Source: a bacterium
GTDB lineage: Bacteria > UBA8248
DNA length: 64,000 nt
Reading direction: 5' to 3'
NCBI GenBank assembly: GCA_963692865.2
Contig: OY843592.1
Location: 1,088,001 to 1,152,000, forward strand
Both the position numbers and the translations under genes were made by a program. Numbering within the stretch: position 1 is the stretch's first letter; each line of letters opens with the position of its first letter. Shown piece after piece: positions 10,243-20,018 of the stretch. The notes beneath the pieces were generated by a model. That model saw only the letters and a list, made by a program, of their open reading frames with translations. It did no database searches and was not told the origin of the DNA.

Positions 10243-11721
10243 TTGGAAATCGTTTATCCTGCGATCCATTGGGGATACCTGCTGCCGGTGATCCTGCCCG
10301 TGTGCGGGGCGGTGCTGGTGCTGATGTGGGACGCCTTTCTCTCCAGGGGGGAGCGCTCGGTCATCGTCCTCATCACGCTGCTGACGCTGGCCGCCGCCCT
10401 GGGACTGACGCTCGGCGCGCGCGCGCTGCCGGGTCTGGCCGCCTCGTTCGGCGGCATGTACCTCTTCGACGGGTTCACGCAGTTCCTCTACGTCGTCATC
10501 CTGTTCGCGAGCATATTCGCGGTGCTCATCGCCGCCGCCCAGCGGGAGCTGGACGATACGCCGGCGGGCGAGTACTTCGGCCTCATCCTCTTCGCGACTT
10601 CGGGCATGATGCTCATGGCGGCGACGCGGAACCTGCTGATGATCTTCGTGGGTCTGGAAGTGTTCTCGCTGTCGCTCTACGTGCTGGCGGGCTATCTCCG
10701 CTCGCGCCCCGAGGGCAACGAGGCGTCGCTCAAATACTTTCTGCTCGGTTCGTTCGCCTCGGGGTTTCTGCTCTACGGCATGGCGCTCGTCTACGGCGCG
10801 ACCGGCTCGGTCGATCTGGTCGAGATAGCCGCGCGCCTGCACGAGAATCCCGCCTCGCGCGGCGCCGCCTTCCTGACGGGTCTGGGCTTCATGGTGGTGG
10901 GCCTGGGCTTCAAGGTGGCCGCGGCGCCCTTCTACATGTGGACGCCCGACGTGTACGAGGGCGCGCCCACGGCGGTGACGGCGTTCATGTCCGTGGGTCC
11001 GAAGGCGGCGGCGTTCGCCGCGTTCTTCCGGGTTTTCCTCTCGGCGGGCGACGCCGGCGGAAGCTTCGATTCGGTCTTGTGGGTCATGGCCGTCCTCACG
11101 ATGAGCCTGGCGAACCTCGTCGCCATCTGGCAGACCTGCGTGAAGCGGATGCTCGCCTATTCGAGCATCGCCCACGCGGGCTATCTCATGGTCGCGCTGG
11201 TGGCCTCGCGCGCGAGCGCGGAACTGGCCACGAGCGGTTTCCTGTATTACATGCTCGTCTACGTCTTCATGAACATGGGCGCTTTCTGCGTCCTCATCCT
11301 CATCTCGAACGCGCGCGAGGACGGCGGCACGAAGATCGAGGGTCTCGCGGGTCTGGCCTCATTCCGGCCGGGACTCGCGGCGGCGATGGCCGTTTTCATG
11401 GTCTCGCTCTCGGGGCTTCCGCCCACCGGGGGTTTCGTGGCGAAGTTCCAGGTGTTCAGCGCCGCGCTGAACGGCGGCTACGTCTGGCTGACCGTGATAG
11501 CGGTGCTCAACAGCGTGGTGGCCGTGTATTACTACCTGCGCCTCGTCGTGGTGATGTACATGCGCGAACCCCGGGGCGAAGCAGCGAAGAGCGCGCCGCA
11601 TCCGGGCTGGTCCTATGCGGTCGCGGCGCTCACGCTCGCCGTCGCGAGCACCCTGCAACTGGGGATTTTCCCCTCCTCGGTGCTGGACTTCGCCCATCGA
11701 TCCGCAGTCTTTTTTAATTGA
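10243..11721 (+). CDS. nuoN: NADH-quinone oxidoreductase subunit N (copy 1)
   Basis: EASLKYFLLG, FKVAAAPFYMWTPDVYEGAP and KRMLAYSSIAHAGY motifs. Confidence 0.96.
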   Translation: MEIVYPAIHWGYLLPVILPVCGAVLVLMWDAFLSRGERSVIVLITLLTLAAALGLTLGARALPGLAASFGGMYLFDGFTQFLYVVILFASIFAVLIAAAQRELDDTPAGEYFGLILFATSGMMLMAATRNLLMIFVGLEVFSLSLYVLAGYLRSRPEGNEASLKYFLLGSFASGFLLYGMALVYGATGSVDLVEIAARLHENPASRGAAFLTGLGFMVVGLGFKVAAAPFYMWTPDVYEGAPTAVTAFMSVGPKAAAFAAFFRVFLSAGDAGGSFDSVLWVMAVLTMSLANLVAIWQTCVKRMLAYSSIAHAGYLMVALVASRASAELATSGFLYYMLVYVFMNMGAFCVLILISNAREDGGTKIEGLAGLASFRPGLAAAMAVFMVSLSGLPPTGGFVAKFQVFSAALNGGYVWLTVIAVLNSVVAVYYYLRLVVVMYMREPRGEAAKSAPHPGWSYAVAALTLAVASTLQLGIFPSSVLDFAHRSAVFFN

Positions 11722-11746
11722 CCTCCGGGGGTTGGTTTTTCGGTTG

Positions 11747-11770
11747 CCGCCATGATATAAGTCATGGCGG
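11747..11770. promoter_or_regulatory. Perfect 9-bp inverted repeat around a -10-like hexamer between the two nuo operons
   Basis: CCGCCATGA-TATAAG-TCATGGCGG; could be an operator, promoter or hairpin. Confidence 0.4.
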
Positions 11771-11892
11771 TTCGTTCGATTTCATGCATTTGATCCAGGG
11801 GTTTTCGAGGGGAATCTCCGCCCGGCGGCGACGATGAGGGCGGCCCATTTTCATCATCCCTGGCGGTTTGCGGTTTTTGTGGGGGTCCACGC

Positions 11893-12294
11893 ATGGATGC
11901 GATGGAGGTTCTGGGCGCTTTTTTCAGGGATTATCAGGCCATCAATCCCTACATCCCCATTTTCCTGATCACGCTCATGGCGGCCGCTCTCGCCGGGAGC
12001 ATTCTGATCATCGCGCTGCTCATCCGCCCGAACAACCCCGACCCCGAGAAAAACTCCCCCTATGAGTGCGGCATGCCCCCTCTGATGGAGGCGCACGAGC
12101 GCTTCTCCATCCGGTTCTACCTGCTGGGCATTCTGTTCCTGCTGTTCGACGTGGAGGCGCTGTTCCTCTTCCCCTGGGCGGTTCGCTACGACGCCCTCGG
12201 GCTGTTCGGATTCATCGAGATGATGCTGTTCATCGCCATCTTGCTGGTGGGTTATTTCTACGCTTGGAGAAAAGGAGCGTTGGAGTGGGCATAG
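11893..12294 (+). CDS. nuoA: NADH-quinone oxidoreductase subunit A
   Basis: [20 protein letters not shown] and WRKGALEW motifs. Confidence 0.96.
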   Translation: MDAMEVLGAFFRDYQAINPYIPIFLITLMAAALAGSILIIALLIRPNNPDPEKNSPYECGMPPLMEAHERFSIRFYLLGILFLLFDVEALFLFPWAVRYDALGLFGFIEMMLFIAILLVGYFYAWRKGALEWA

Positions 12295-12761
12295 TCGAGG
12301 GCAAGTTCAGCGACAACTTCATCACGTCGAAGGTCGACAGCCTGGTCGCCTGGGCGCGGAAGAGCGCGCTCTGGCCGATGACCTTCGGCCTGGCGTGCTG
12401 CGCCATCGAGATGATGGCCTCGGGCGCCGCGCGCTACGATTTCGACCGTTTCGGCGTGATCTTCCGGGCCACGCCGCGCCAGTCCGACGTGATCATCGTG
12501 GCGGGCACCGTCACCCACAAGATGGGGGACGCGATCCGCAAGGTCTACGACCAGATGCCCGAGCCGCGCTGGGTGATCGCGATGGGCAACTGCGCGACCT
12601 GCGGCGGCCCGTACGCGAACTACGCGGTGATGCAGGGAGTGGATGAAATCATCCCGGTGGACGTCTACGTTCCGGGGTGCCCGCCCAGGCCCGAGTCGTT
12701 GATGTGGGGCGTCATGCAGCTTCAGAAAAAGATTGAACAGGAAAAATACATCCGCAGATAA
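12285..12761 (+). CDS. nuoB: NADH-quinone oxidoreductase subunit B
   Basis: [17 protein letters not shown] and [10 protein letters not shown]2-cluster motifs; GTG at 12285 after AAGGAG (the ORF track start at 12066 is too long). Confidence 0.96.
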   Translation: MGIVEGKFSDNFITSKVDSLVAWARKSALWPMTFGLACCAIEMMASGAARYDFDRFGVIFRATPRQSDVIIVAGTVTHKMGDAIRKVYDQMPEPRWVIAMGNCATCGGPYANYAVMQGVDEIIPVDVYVPGCPPRPESLMWGVMQLQKKIEQEKYIRR

Positions 12762-12788
12762 GAGCCATACGGCGCACAAGGGAAGAAG

Positions 12789-13370
12789 ATGCCCGAAGAA
12801 GTGGTGGAAAACAGCGAGCAGACGAACGGCGAAGCGGAGACCGCCGAGGCCGTGAAGGCCCCGCCCGGCGAGGACTTGAAGGCGGTGGTGGAGGCGGCGT
12901 TTCCGGGCGCGGTGCTTGATCAAAGCGCCTACGAGGACGATGAGGACGAGGCGACGTTCGTCTTAAGCGTCGATTCCATCGTCGAAGTGGCGGCGCATCT
13001 GCGCGATCACGGCGACGCGCTCTTCAAGCTCCTCACCGACTTGACGGCGGCGCACTATCCCGAAGCGGAAGACCCCTTCGAGGTGCTCTACCACCTCTAC
13101 AGCATCGAGCATAACCGCAGGCTGCGCCTCAAGGCGCGGATCAAGGATGGACAGTCCGTGCCCACGGTTTCAGGCGTATGGACCAGCGCGGACTGGATGG
13201 AGCGCGAGGTGTACGACTTGTTCGGGATCGAATTCGAGGATCATCCGGATCTCAGGCGGATTCTTCTGCCCGACAACTGGGGCAGCCATCCCATGCGGAA
13301 GGACTACCCGCTCGAGGGCAGGGGAGAGCGGATTTACACCAAGCCGACGCGCAAGGAAATCGGCGACTAG
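12789..13370 (+). CDS. nuoC: NADH-quinone oxidoreductase subunit C
   Basis: WMEREVYDLFGIEFEDHPDLRRILLP and HPMRKDYP motifs. Confidence 0.96.
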   Translation: MPEEVVENSEQTNGEAETAEAVKAPPGEDLKAVVEAAFPGAVLDQSAYEDDEDEATFVLSVDSIVEVAAHLRDHGDALFKLLTDLTAAHYPEAEDPFEVLYHLYSIEHNRRLRLKARIKDGQSVPTVSGVWTSADWMEREVYDLFGIEFEDHPDLRRILLPDNWGSHPMRKDYPLEGRGERIYTKPTRKEIGD

Positions 13371-13399
13371 AGCGGCGCAGCTTTTGAGGGAATGAGGAA

Positions 13400-14542
13400 A
13401 TGGTCGGCGTAGCGAATACCTCTCGTATCGAGCAGCAGAGCACCCTGCACGGGACCGAGGAACTCGTCATCAACATGGGTCCCCAGCACCCGAGCACGCA
13501 CGGGGTGCTGCGGGTGATCCTCAAGCTCGACGGCGAGACGGTGAACGACCTCGACTGCGACATCGGCTACCTGCACCGCGGCACCGAGAAGATCGGCGAG
13601 AACATCACCTACACGATGTTCATCCCCTATACGGACAGGCTCGACTACATCGCCGCCCCCTCGAACAATCTCGCGTGGGTGACGGCGGTGGAGAAGTTCT
13701 TCGACTGGGAGATCCCCATGCGGGCGCAGTACATCCGCTCGATGGTGGGGGAGCTCTCCCGCATCGCCAGCCATCTGCTCTGGCTCGCCACGCACGCCCT
13801 CGACATCGGGGCGATGACGGTGTTCCTGTGGTGCTTCAGGGAGCGCGAGATGGTGCTCGATCTCTTCGAGACGGCCTTCGGCGGCCGCCTGACGGTGAAC
13901 GCCTTCCGCCTGGGCGGCCTGCACGAGGACGTGCCGGACAAGTTCCTGCAGCTCACGCAGGAGTTCGTGGACATCTTCCCGAGCCGGGTCGACGACTACG
14001 AGACGCTGCTCACCAACAACCGCATCTGGCTGCAGAGAACGCGCGACGTGGGCATCATCTCGGCGGAAGACGCGATGGACTTGGGTCTCACGGGCCCCAT
14101 CATCCGGGGCAGCGGCGTGCGCTGGGACTTGAGGCGCGCCAAGCCCTACGCGGCGTACCCCTATCTCGATTTCGTCGTGCCCGTCGGCGAGAACGGCGAC
14201 ATCTACGACCGCTACCTGGTGCGGGTCGAGGAGCTTCGCCAGAGCACCCGCATCATCCAGCAGTGCCTGGAGCAGCTTCCCGGCGGGCCGGTGAGCTGCA
14301 AGACGCCCCGGACCATCAAGCCGCCCGAGGGCGAGATATACCACAGCATCGAAAACCCCAAGGGCGAGTTCGGCTTCTACATCGTGAGCGACGGGACGAC
14401 GACGCCCTACCGCGTCCGCATCCGGCCGCCCTCGTTCATCAACCTGGGCGGGCTCAAGAAGCTGTGCGTGGGGCAGTTGGTCGCGGACGTGGTGGCCATC
14501 ATCGGAAGCATCGACATCGTGTTGGGCGAGTGTGATCGGTAA
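13400..14542 (+). CDS. nuoD: NADH-quinone oxidoreductase subunit D
   Basis: NMGPQHPSTHGVLR, GYLHRGTEK, DRLDY and DIVLGECDR motifs; no hydrogenase CxxC motifs. Confidence 0.96.
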   Translation: MVGVANTSRIEQQSTLHGTEELVINMGPQHPSTHGVLRVILKLDGETVNDLDCDIGYLHRGTEKIGENITYTMFIPYTDRLDYIAAPSNNLAWVTAVEKFFDWEIPMRAQYIRSMVGELSRIASHLLWLATHALDIGAMTVFLWCFREREMVLDLFETAFGGRLTVNAFRLGGLHEDVPDKFLQLTQEFVDIFPSRVDDYETLLTNNRIWLQRTRDVGIISAEDAMDLGLTGPIIRGSGVRWDLRRAKPYAAYPYLDFVVPVGENGDIYDRYLVRVEELRQSTRIIQQCLEQLPGGPVSCKTPRTIKPPEGEIYHSIENPKGEFGFYIVSDGTTTPYRVRIRPPSFINLGGLKKLCVGQLVADVVAIIGSIDIVLGECDR

Positions 14543-14554
14543 GGAGTAGCTTCG

Positions 14555-15526
14555 TTGGACATGGCGCTTGAAGTCGCGGTCGCCGCGATAAAGATATTCA
14601 TCGTGGTCAACGTGGTGCAGCTCGTGGTGGCGTATATGATCTACGTCGAGCGGAAGGTCATCGCCCACGCCCAGTTGCGCCTGGGACCCATGCGCGTGGG
14701 CTGGCACGGGCTCCTGCAGCCCATCGCGGACGGGCTGAAGCTCTTCTTCAAGGAAGACATCATCCCCGACAAGGCGGATCGCATCGTGTTCGTGCTCGCG
14801 CCCGTGATGGTGCTGGTGCCCGCCCTGGTCGTCTACTCGGTGCTGCCCTTCAGCGCGACGTTCTACATCACGCAGATCAACATCGGGCTGTTCTTCGTTC
14901 TGGCGGTGAGTTCGCTCGGCGTGTTCGGCGTGGTGATGGCGGGCTGGGCCTCGAACAGCAAATACTCGCTTCTGGGCGCGCTGAGGAGCGCGGCGCAGAT
15001 GCTGAGCTACGAGATTTTCCTGGGCTTCTCCGTCATCGGACCGCTGATGCTCGCTGGCTCCCTGAACTTGCAGGAGATCGTGCACGCGCAGAGCGACGTG
15101 TGGTTCGTGTTCTACCAGCCCGTGGCGTTCATCGTGTTCTTCGTCGCGGCGCTCGCGGAGACGAACCGCGCGCCCTTCGATCTGCCCGAGGCGGAGACCG
15201 AGCTCGTGGCGGGCTTTCACACCGAATACAGCGGGATGAAGTTCGCGTTCTTCTTCCTGGCGGAATACGCCAGCATGATGGTCATATCCACGATAGGCAT
15301 CGTGCTCTTTTTCGGCGGATGGGACGGGCCGGATTTCATTCCGCTCCCCGGCTTCGTCTGGTACTGCCTCAAGCTGGGCGCCTTGATGTTCGTGTTCATC
15401 TGGCTGCGGGCGACGCTGCCGCGCTACCGCTACGATCAGCTCATGCGCGTGGGCTGGAAGTTCATGTTCCCGCTCGTGATGCTCAACATTTTCCTGACCG
15501 GATTCATCAAGTACCTGTTCTTGTAA
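14555..15526 (+). CDS. nuoH: NADH-quinone oxidoreductase subunit H (copy 2)
   Basis: GLLQPIADGLKL, AETNRAPFDLPEAETEL and RYDQLM motifs. Confidence 0.96.
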   Translation: MDMALEVAVAAIKIFIVVNVVQLVVAYMIYVERKVIAHAQLRLGPMRVGWHGLLQPIADGLKLFFKEDIIPDKADRIVFVLAPVMVLVPALVVYSVLPFSATFYITQINIGLFFVLAVSSLGVFGVVMAGWASNSKYSLLGALRSAAQMLSYEIFLGFSVIGPLMLAGSLNLQEIVHAQSDVWFVFYQPVAFIVFFVAALAETNRAPFDLPEAETELVAGFHTEYSGMKFAFFFLAEYASMMVISTIGIVLFFGGWDGPDFIPLPGFVWYCLKLGALMFVFIWLRATLPRYRYDQLMRVGWKFMFPLVMLNIFLTGFIKYLFL

Positions 15527-15545
15527 CTCGCGGGAGAGACGCAGG

Positions 15546-16055
15546 GTGGAGCTATATTTCTTTTATATGTTCGCGGGCGGGATGATAATCACATCCTTGC
15601 TGATGATCACGCGCGCGAACGTGATTCACGCGGCCCTGCTGCTGGTGCTGACGTTCTTCCAGCTGTCGGGCGTATTCGTGCTGGCGGGGGCGGAGTTCCT
15701 GGCGGCGGTGCAGATTCTGCTCTACGCGGGCGGCATCATGGTGCTCTACCTGTTTTCGATCATGCTGATGAACGTGGAGGTGGCCGTGCGGATGCGGCAA
15801 TGGCACCGCCAGGGCGTCGTGGTGTTCGTGGCGGCCATGCTTCTGGGCCTCGAAATCTGGGCCGTGCTGGGGGAGGTGGAGTTCGCGGCGCCCAGGCAGT
15901 GGGAGTGGTCGCTGGGCGCCACGCCGGGCAACGTCGAGGCCCTGGGCGCGGTCCTGTACACGAAATTCCTGTTCCCCTTCGAGGTGGCCTCCATCCTCCT
16001 GCTGGCCGCGATGATCGGCGCCATCGTCCTGGCGAAGCGCAGGATAGAGAGATAG
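15546..16055 (+). CDS. nuoJ: NADH-quinone oxidoreductase subunit J (copy 2)
   Basis: [15 protein letters not shown] and [10 protein letters not shown] motifs. Confidence 0.94.
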   Translation: MELYFFYMFAGGMIITSLLMITRANVIHAALLLVLTFFQLSGVFVLAGAEFLAAVQILLYAGGIMVLYLFSIMLMNVEVAVRMRQWHRQGVVVFVAAMLLGLEIWAVLGEVEFAAPRQWEWSLGATPGNVEALGAVLYTKFLFPFEVASILLLAAMIGAIVLAKRRIER

Positions 16056-16074
16056 AGGGGAGAGAGAACCCGCG

Positions 16075-16377
16075 ATGATACCGATGACCCATTTCCTCGT
16101 CCTGGGCGCCGTTTTGTTCCTCATCGGCGCGATGGGCGTGCTGATGCGCCGCAACGCCATCATCATCCTGTTGTCCATCGAGTTGATGCTCAACGCCGTG
16201 AACGTGACCTTCGTGGGCTTCTCGCGCCACCTGGCGGATATGACGGGCCAGGTGTTCGCCATTTTCGTCATCACCGTGGCGGCGTGCGAGGCGGCCGTGG
16301 GACTCGCGATTCTCATCGCGCTCAACCGCGACCGCACGATGGTCAACGTGGACGAAGTCAACCTTTTGAAGTGGTAG
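16075..16377 (+). CDS. nuoK: NADH-quinone oxidoreductase subunit K (copy 2)
   Basis: [17 protein letters not shown] and [10 protein letters not shown] motifs. Confidence 0.96.
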   Translation: MIPMTHFLVLGAVLFLIGAMGVLMRRNAIIILLSIELMLNAVNVTFVGFSRHLADMTGQVFAIFVITVAACEAAVGLAILIALNRDRTMVNVDEVNLLKW

Positions 16378-16384
16378 GGGAATC

Positions 16385-18409
16385 ATGATCGAACTGGCCT
16401 GGCTCATTCCCGTTTTCCCGGTGATCGGGGTTCTGATCAACGGATTGTTCGGAAGGCAAGTGGGCGAGAAGGCGGGCCCCGTCGCCTCCGTCATGGCGGG
16501 CCTGTCGCTTCTCGTGGTGCTGGGCATCGCTGTGGAGATGATCTTCGGCGCGGGCGGCAGCCACACCGTGCCGCTCTGGACGTGGGTGGAGGCGGGCAGC
16601 TTCAGCGCCTCGATGAGCTTCCTGATCGATCCGCTGAGCACCATCATGCTGCTCGTGGTGGCGGGCGTGGGCTTTCTGGTGCACGTCTACGCCGTGGGCT
16701 ACATGCACGGCGACCCGGGCTATCCGCGCTTTTTCACCTATCTGAACCTTTTCATGCTCTCGATGTTCCTCCTCGTGCTCGGCGACAACTATCTCGTCAT
16801 GTTCGTCGGCTGGGAGGGCGTGGGCCTTTGCAGCTACCTGCTCATCGGCTTCTGGTACGAGAAGCAGTCGGCGTCGGACGCGGGCAAGAAAGCGTTCATC
16901 GTCAACCGGATCGGCGACGCGGGCTTTCTGCTGGGCATGTTCCTCATCTGGACGCTGACCGGCAGCCTCACCTACGCGGAAGTCTTCAAGGCGGCGCCCG
17001 AGATGAGCGCGGCGGCGGCGTCGGCCGTCGGCCTTCTGCTGTTCGTCGGCGCGGTCGGCAAGAGCGCGCAGATTCCGCTCTACGTCTGGCTGCCCGACGC
17101 CATGGAGGGCCCGACCCCGGTGAGCGCCCTCATCCACGCCGCCACCATGGTGACGGCGGGCGTCTACATGGTCGCGCGCACGAGCCCCATCTACGTCATG
17201 GGGCCGGACGCGATGAGCGTCATCGCCGTCGTCGGCGCGCTCACGGGCCTGTTCGCCGCGAGCATCGGCCTGGTGCAGAACGACATCAAGCGCGTGCTCG
17301 CCTACAGCACGGTGAGCCAGCTCGGCTTCATGTTCATGGCGCTGGGCGTGGGCGCCTTCACGGCCGGCATCTTCCACCTGATGACGCACGCCTTCTTCAA
17401 GGGCCTGCTCTTTCTGGGGAGCGGCAGCGTCATCCACGCGCTTCACCACGCGCCCGAAGAACAGCAGCAGGACATGCGCTACATGGGGGGCCTCAAGGAC
17501 AAGATGCCCGTGACGTACTGGACGTTCCTGATCGGCGCAATCGCCATCGCGGGCGTGCCGCCGCTGGCGGGCTTCTGGAGCAAGGACGAGATTCTGGCGA
17601 ACGCCTTCTTCACGGGACACTACACGGTCTGGATCATGGGAACGGTCGCGGCGTTCATGACGGCCTTCTACATGTTCCGGCTCATCTTCATGACGTTCCA
17701 CGGCGAGATGCGCGTGGACCATCACGCGCGCGAGCACATTCACGAATCACCCGCCACGATGACGGTTCCGCTCGTCATCCTGGCGGTCCTGAGCGTCATC
17801 GGCGGCGTGATTCCCGGCTTCCCGCCCGAGGCCGGCTGGATACACCGCTTCCTGGCGCCCTCGCTGGCGAAGGCGCCGGCGGGCGGCCACGCCATGGACC
17901 AGGGCGCGCATTTGATGAACGCCGCGGCCGGAGGCGGCGGGCACAGCGGACCGGCGGTGGTGTTGCTGATCATCCTGGCCATCGCCGTCGCCGTGGGCGG
18001 CATCGCCCTGGCGTGGCACATGTACGTGAGGGACACGGAAGCGCCGAATCGCCTGTATGAGCGCTTTACGGGCATGTATCGCCTGCTTCTGGAGAAATAC
18101 TATATCGACGAAATCTATCAGGCGGCCATCGTCGAGCCGACCTACAAGCTCATGCGCGTCCTGTGGACCTTCGACGCGAAGGTGGTGGACGGGGCGGTGA
18201 ACGGCAGTTCGCTCATCACCGTGATATCGAGCCGCTTCTCGGGCGTTTTCGACCTCCGGACGGTGGACGGGGCGGTGAACGGCACGGCGAGCTTCATCCG
18301 CTTCTTCTCCCAGGTATTCAAATACCTGCAGTCCGGCATGGTTCAGAATTATCTTTTCGTGATGCTGTTGGGCATCTTCGTGATGCTGAGCGCGTACCTT
18401 TTCCGCTGA
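16385..18409 (+). CDS. nuoL: NADH-quinone oxidoreductase subunit L (copy 2, amphipathic helix lengthened by 26 aa)
   Basis: Same core motifs as copy 1; the C-terminal FDxxxVDGAVNG unit occurs twice, 26 residues apart. Confidence 0.96.
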   Translation: MIELAWLIPVFPVIGVLINGLFGRQVGEKAGPVASVMAGLSLLVVLGIAVEMIFGAGGSHTVPLWTWVEAGSFSASMSFLIDPLSTIMLLVVAGVGFLVHVYAVGYMHGDPGYPRFFTYLNLFMLSMFLLVLGDNYLVMFVGWEGVGLCSYLLIGFWYEKQSASDAGKKAFIVNRIGDAGFLLGMFLIWTLTGSLTYAEVFKAAPEMSAAAASAVGLLLFVGAVGKSAQIPLYVWLPDAMEGPTPVSALIHAATMVTAGVYMVARTSPIYVMGPDAMSVIAVVGALTGLFAASIGLVQNDIKRVLAYSTVSQLGFMFMALGVGAFTAGIFHLMTHAFFKGLLFLGSGSVIHALHHAPEEQQQDMRYMGGLKDKMPVTYWTFLIGAIAIAGVPPLAGFWSKDEILANAFFTGHYTVWIMGTVAAFMTAFYMFRLIFMTFHGEMRVDHHAREHIHESPATMTVPLVILAVLSVIGGVIPGFPPEAGWIHRFLAPSLAKAPAGGHAMDQGAHLMNAAAGGGGHSGPAVVLLIILAIAVAVGGIALAWHMYVRDTEAPNRLYERFTGMYRLLLEKYYIDEIYQAAIVEPTYKLMRVLWTFDAKVVDGAVNGSSLITVISSRFSGVFDLRTVDGAVNGTASFIRFFSQVFKYLQSGMVQNYLFVMLLGIFVMLSAYLFR

Positions 18410-18433
18410 TGCGATGAGGTTTTTGGAGGAACT

Positions 18434-19984
18434 ATGAGCAACATGCCGCTTCTTACGCTGATCACCTTCCTGCCCGCGGCGGGCGCGGTGATTATCATGC
18501 TCTTCATGAAGAAAGAGCAGACGAAAGCCATCAAGGGTTTCGCCACGGCGGTGGCGGTCTTGGACTTCCTGATTTCGCTCCCCCTCTGGTTTCAATTCGA
18601 TCAGTCCGAAGCCGGTTTCCAGTTCGTGGAGAAGGTGAGCTGGATACCCACCATCGGGGTGAGCTACTTCGTCGGCATCGACGGGATCAGCGTGCTGCTC
18701 GTCCTGCTCACGACGCTGACGATGATCGTGGGGGTCGTGTGCTCGTTCACCGCCATCGAGGAGCGCGAGAAGGAATACTACGTCTGCCTCCTTCTGCTGG
18801 CGACCGGCATGCTGGGCACCTTCATCGCGCTCGACATCTTCCTGTTCTACGTGTTCTTCGAGGTCACGCTGGTGCCGATGTATTTCCTCATCGGCGTCTG
18901 GGGCGGGCCGAGGAAGCTCTACGCGGCGATCAAGTTCTTCCTCTACACGCTGTTCGGCAGCGTGTTGATGCTGCTGGGAATCCTGGCGTTCTACTTCGCC
19001 AACCTCAAGATGGGCACCGGAACCCTCACGTTCGACCTGGTGGAGCTCTACGGCGTGGGACCGAAGATACCGCTCTCGCTCCAGATATGGATTTTCCTGG
19101 CGTTCTTCATCGGCTTCGCCATCAAGGTTCCCATGTTCCCGTTCCACACCTGGCTGCCGGACGCGCACGTGGAAGCCCCCACGGCGGGCAGCGTGATCCT
19201 GGCGGGCATCCTCCTGAAAATGGGAACCTACGGGTTCGTGCGCTTCGCCCTGCCCCTGCTGCCCCAGGCGAGCCAGGTGTTCGTGCCCTTCATGGTGCTT
19301 CTCTCGATCATCGGCATCATCTACGGGGCGCTGGTGGCCATGGCGCAGACCGACATCAAGAAGCTGGTGGCCTACTCCTCGGTGAGCCACCTGGGCTTCG
19401 TGATGCTGGGCGTATTCGCCCTGAACGAGCAGGGCGTGCTCGGCGGACAGCTCCAAATGATCAACCACGGGATCAGCACGGGCGCCTTGTTCCTCCTGGT
19501 GGGCGTCGTTTACGAGAGGCGCCACACGCGCCTCATCTCCGATTACGGCGGCCTCTCGAAGGTCGTGCCGGTCTATACGGTGCTCTTCGCCATCACGATG
19601 CTGAGCAGCATCGGACTGCCGGGGCTGAACGGGTTCGTGGGCGAGTTCCTGATCCTCATCGGCGCGTTCAAGAAGAGCTACGTGTACGCCGCGTTCGCCG
19701 TCATCGGCATCGTCCTGGGGGCGGCCTACATGCTCTGGCTCTTCCAGCGGGTGTTCTTCGGGAATCTGGACAATCCCGAGAATGAGAAGCTCACCGACTG
19801 CAACGCGCGCGAGGTGCTCTACCTTCTGCCGCTGGTCATCCTGATGTTCTGGATCGGCCTCTATCCCAAGCCGTTCCTCGGGAGGATGGAGGCGAGCGTG
19901 AAGAAGGTCGTGAAGATGGTGAACGCGGCGGAGGTTCCGCAAAAGGCCGCGCTCGGCAAAATAACGAAGCTCGAGAAAAGATAA
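18434..19984 (+). CDS. nuoM: NADH-quinone oxidoreductase subunit M (copy 2)
   Basis: PFHTWLPDAHVEAPTAGS and LPGLNGFVGEF motifs. Confidence 0.96.
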   Translation: MSNMPLLTLITFLPAAGAVIIMLFMKKEQTKAIKGFATAVAVLDFLISLPLWFQFDQSEAGFQFVEKVSWIPTIGVSYFVGIDGISVLLVLLTTLTMIVGVVCSFTAIEEREKEYYVCLLLLATGMLGTFIALDIFLFYVFFEVTLVPMYFLIGVWGGPRKLYAAIKFFLYTLFGSVLMLLGILAFYFANLKMGTGTLTFDLVELYGVGPKIPLSLQIWIFLAFFIGFAIKVPMFPFHTWLPDAHVEAPTAGSVILAGILLKMGTYGFVRFALPLLPQASQVFVPFMVLLSIIGIIYGALVAMAQTDIKKLVAYSSVSHLGFVMLGVFALNEQGVLGGQLQMINHGISTGALFLLVGVVYERRHTRLISDYGGLSKVVPVYTVLFAITMLSSIGLPGLNGFVGEFLILIGAFKKSYVYAAFAVIGIVLGAAYMLWLFQRVFFGNLDNPENEKLTDCNAREVLYLLPLVILMFWIGLYPKPFLGRMEASVKKVVKMVNAAEVPQKAALGKITKLEKR

Positions 19985-20018
19985 ACGGATTTTCGCTTGA
20001 ATTGATGGAGTTTTTCTG

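Noticed and set aside
13400-14542. Possibility that operon 2 is a group 4 [NiFe]-hydrogenase
   Set aside because: NuoD lacks both CxxC Ni-binding motifs and keeps the quinone-site residues.
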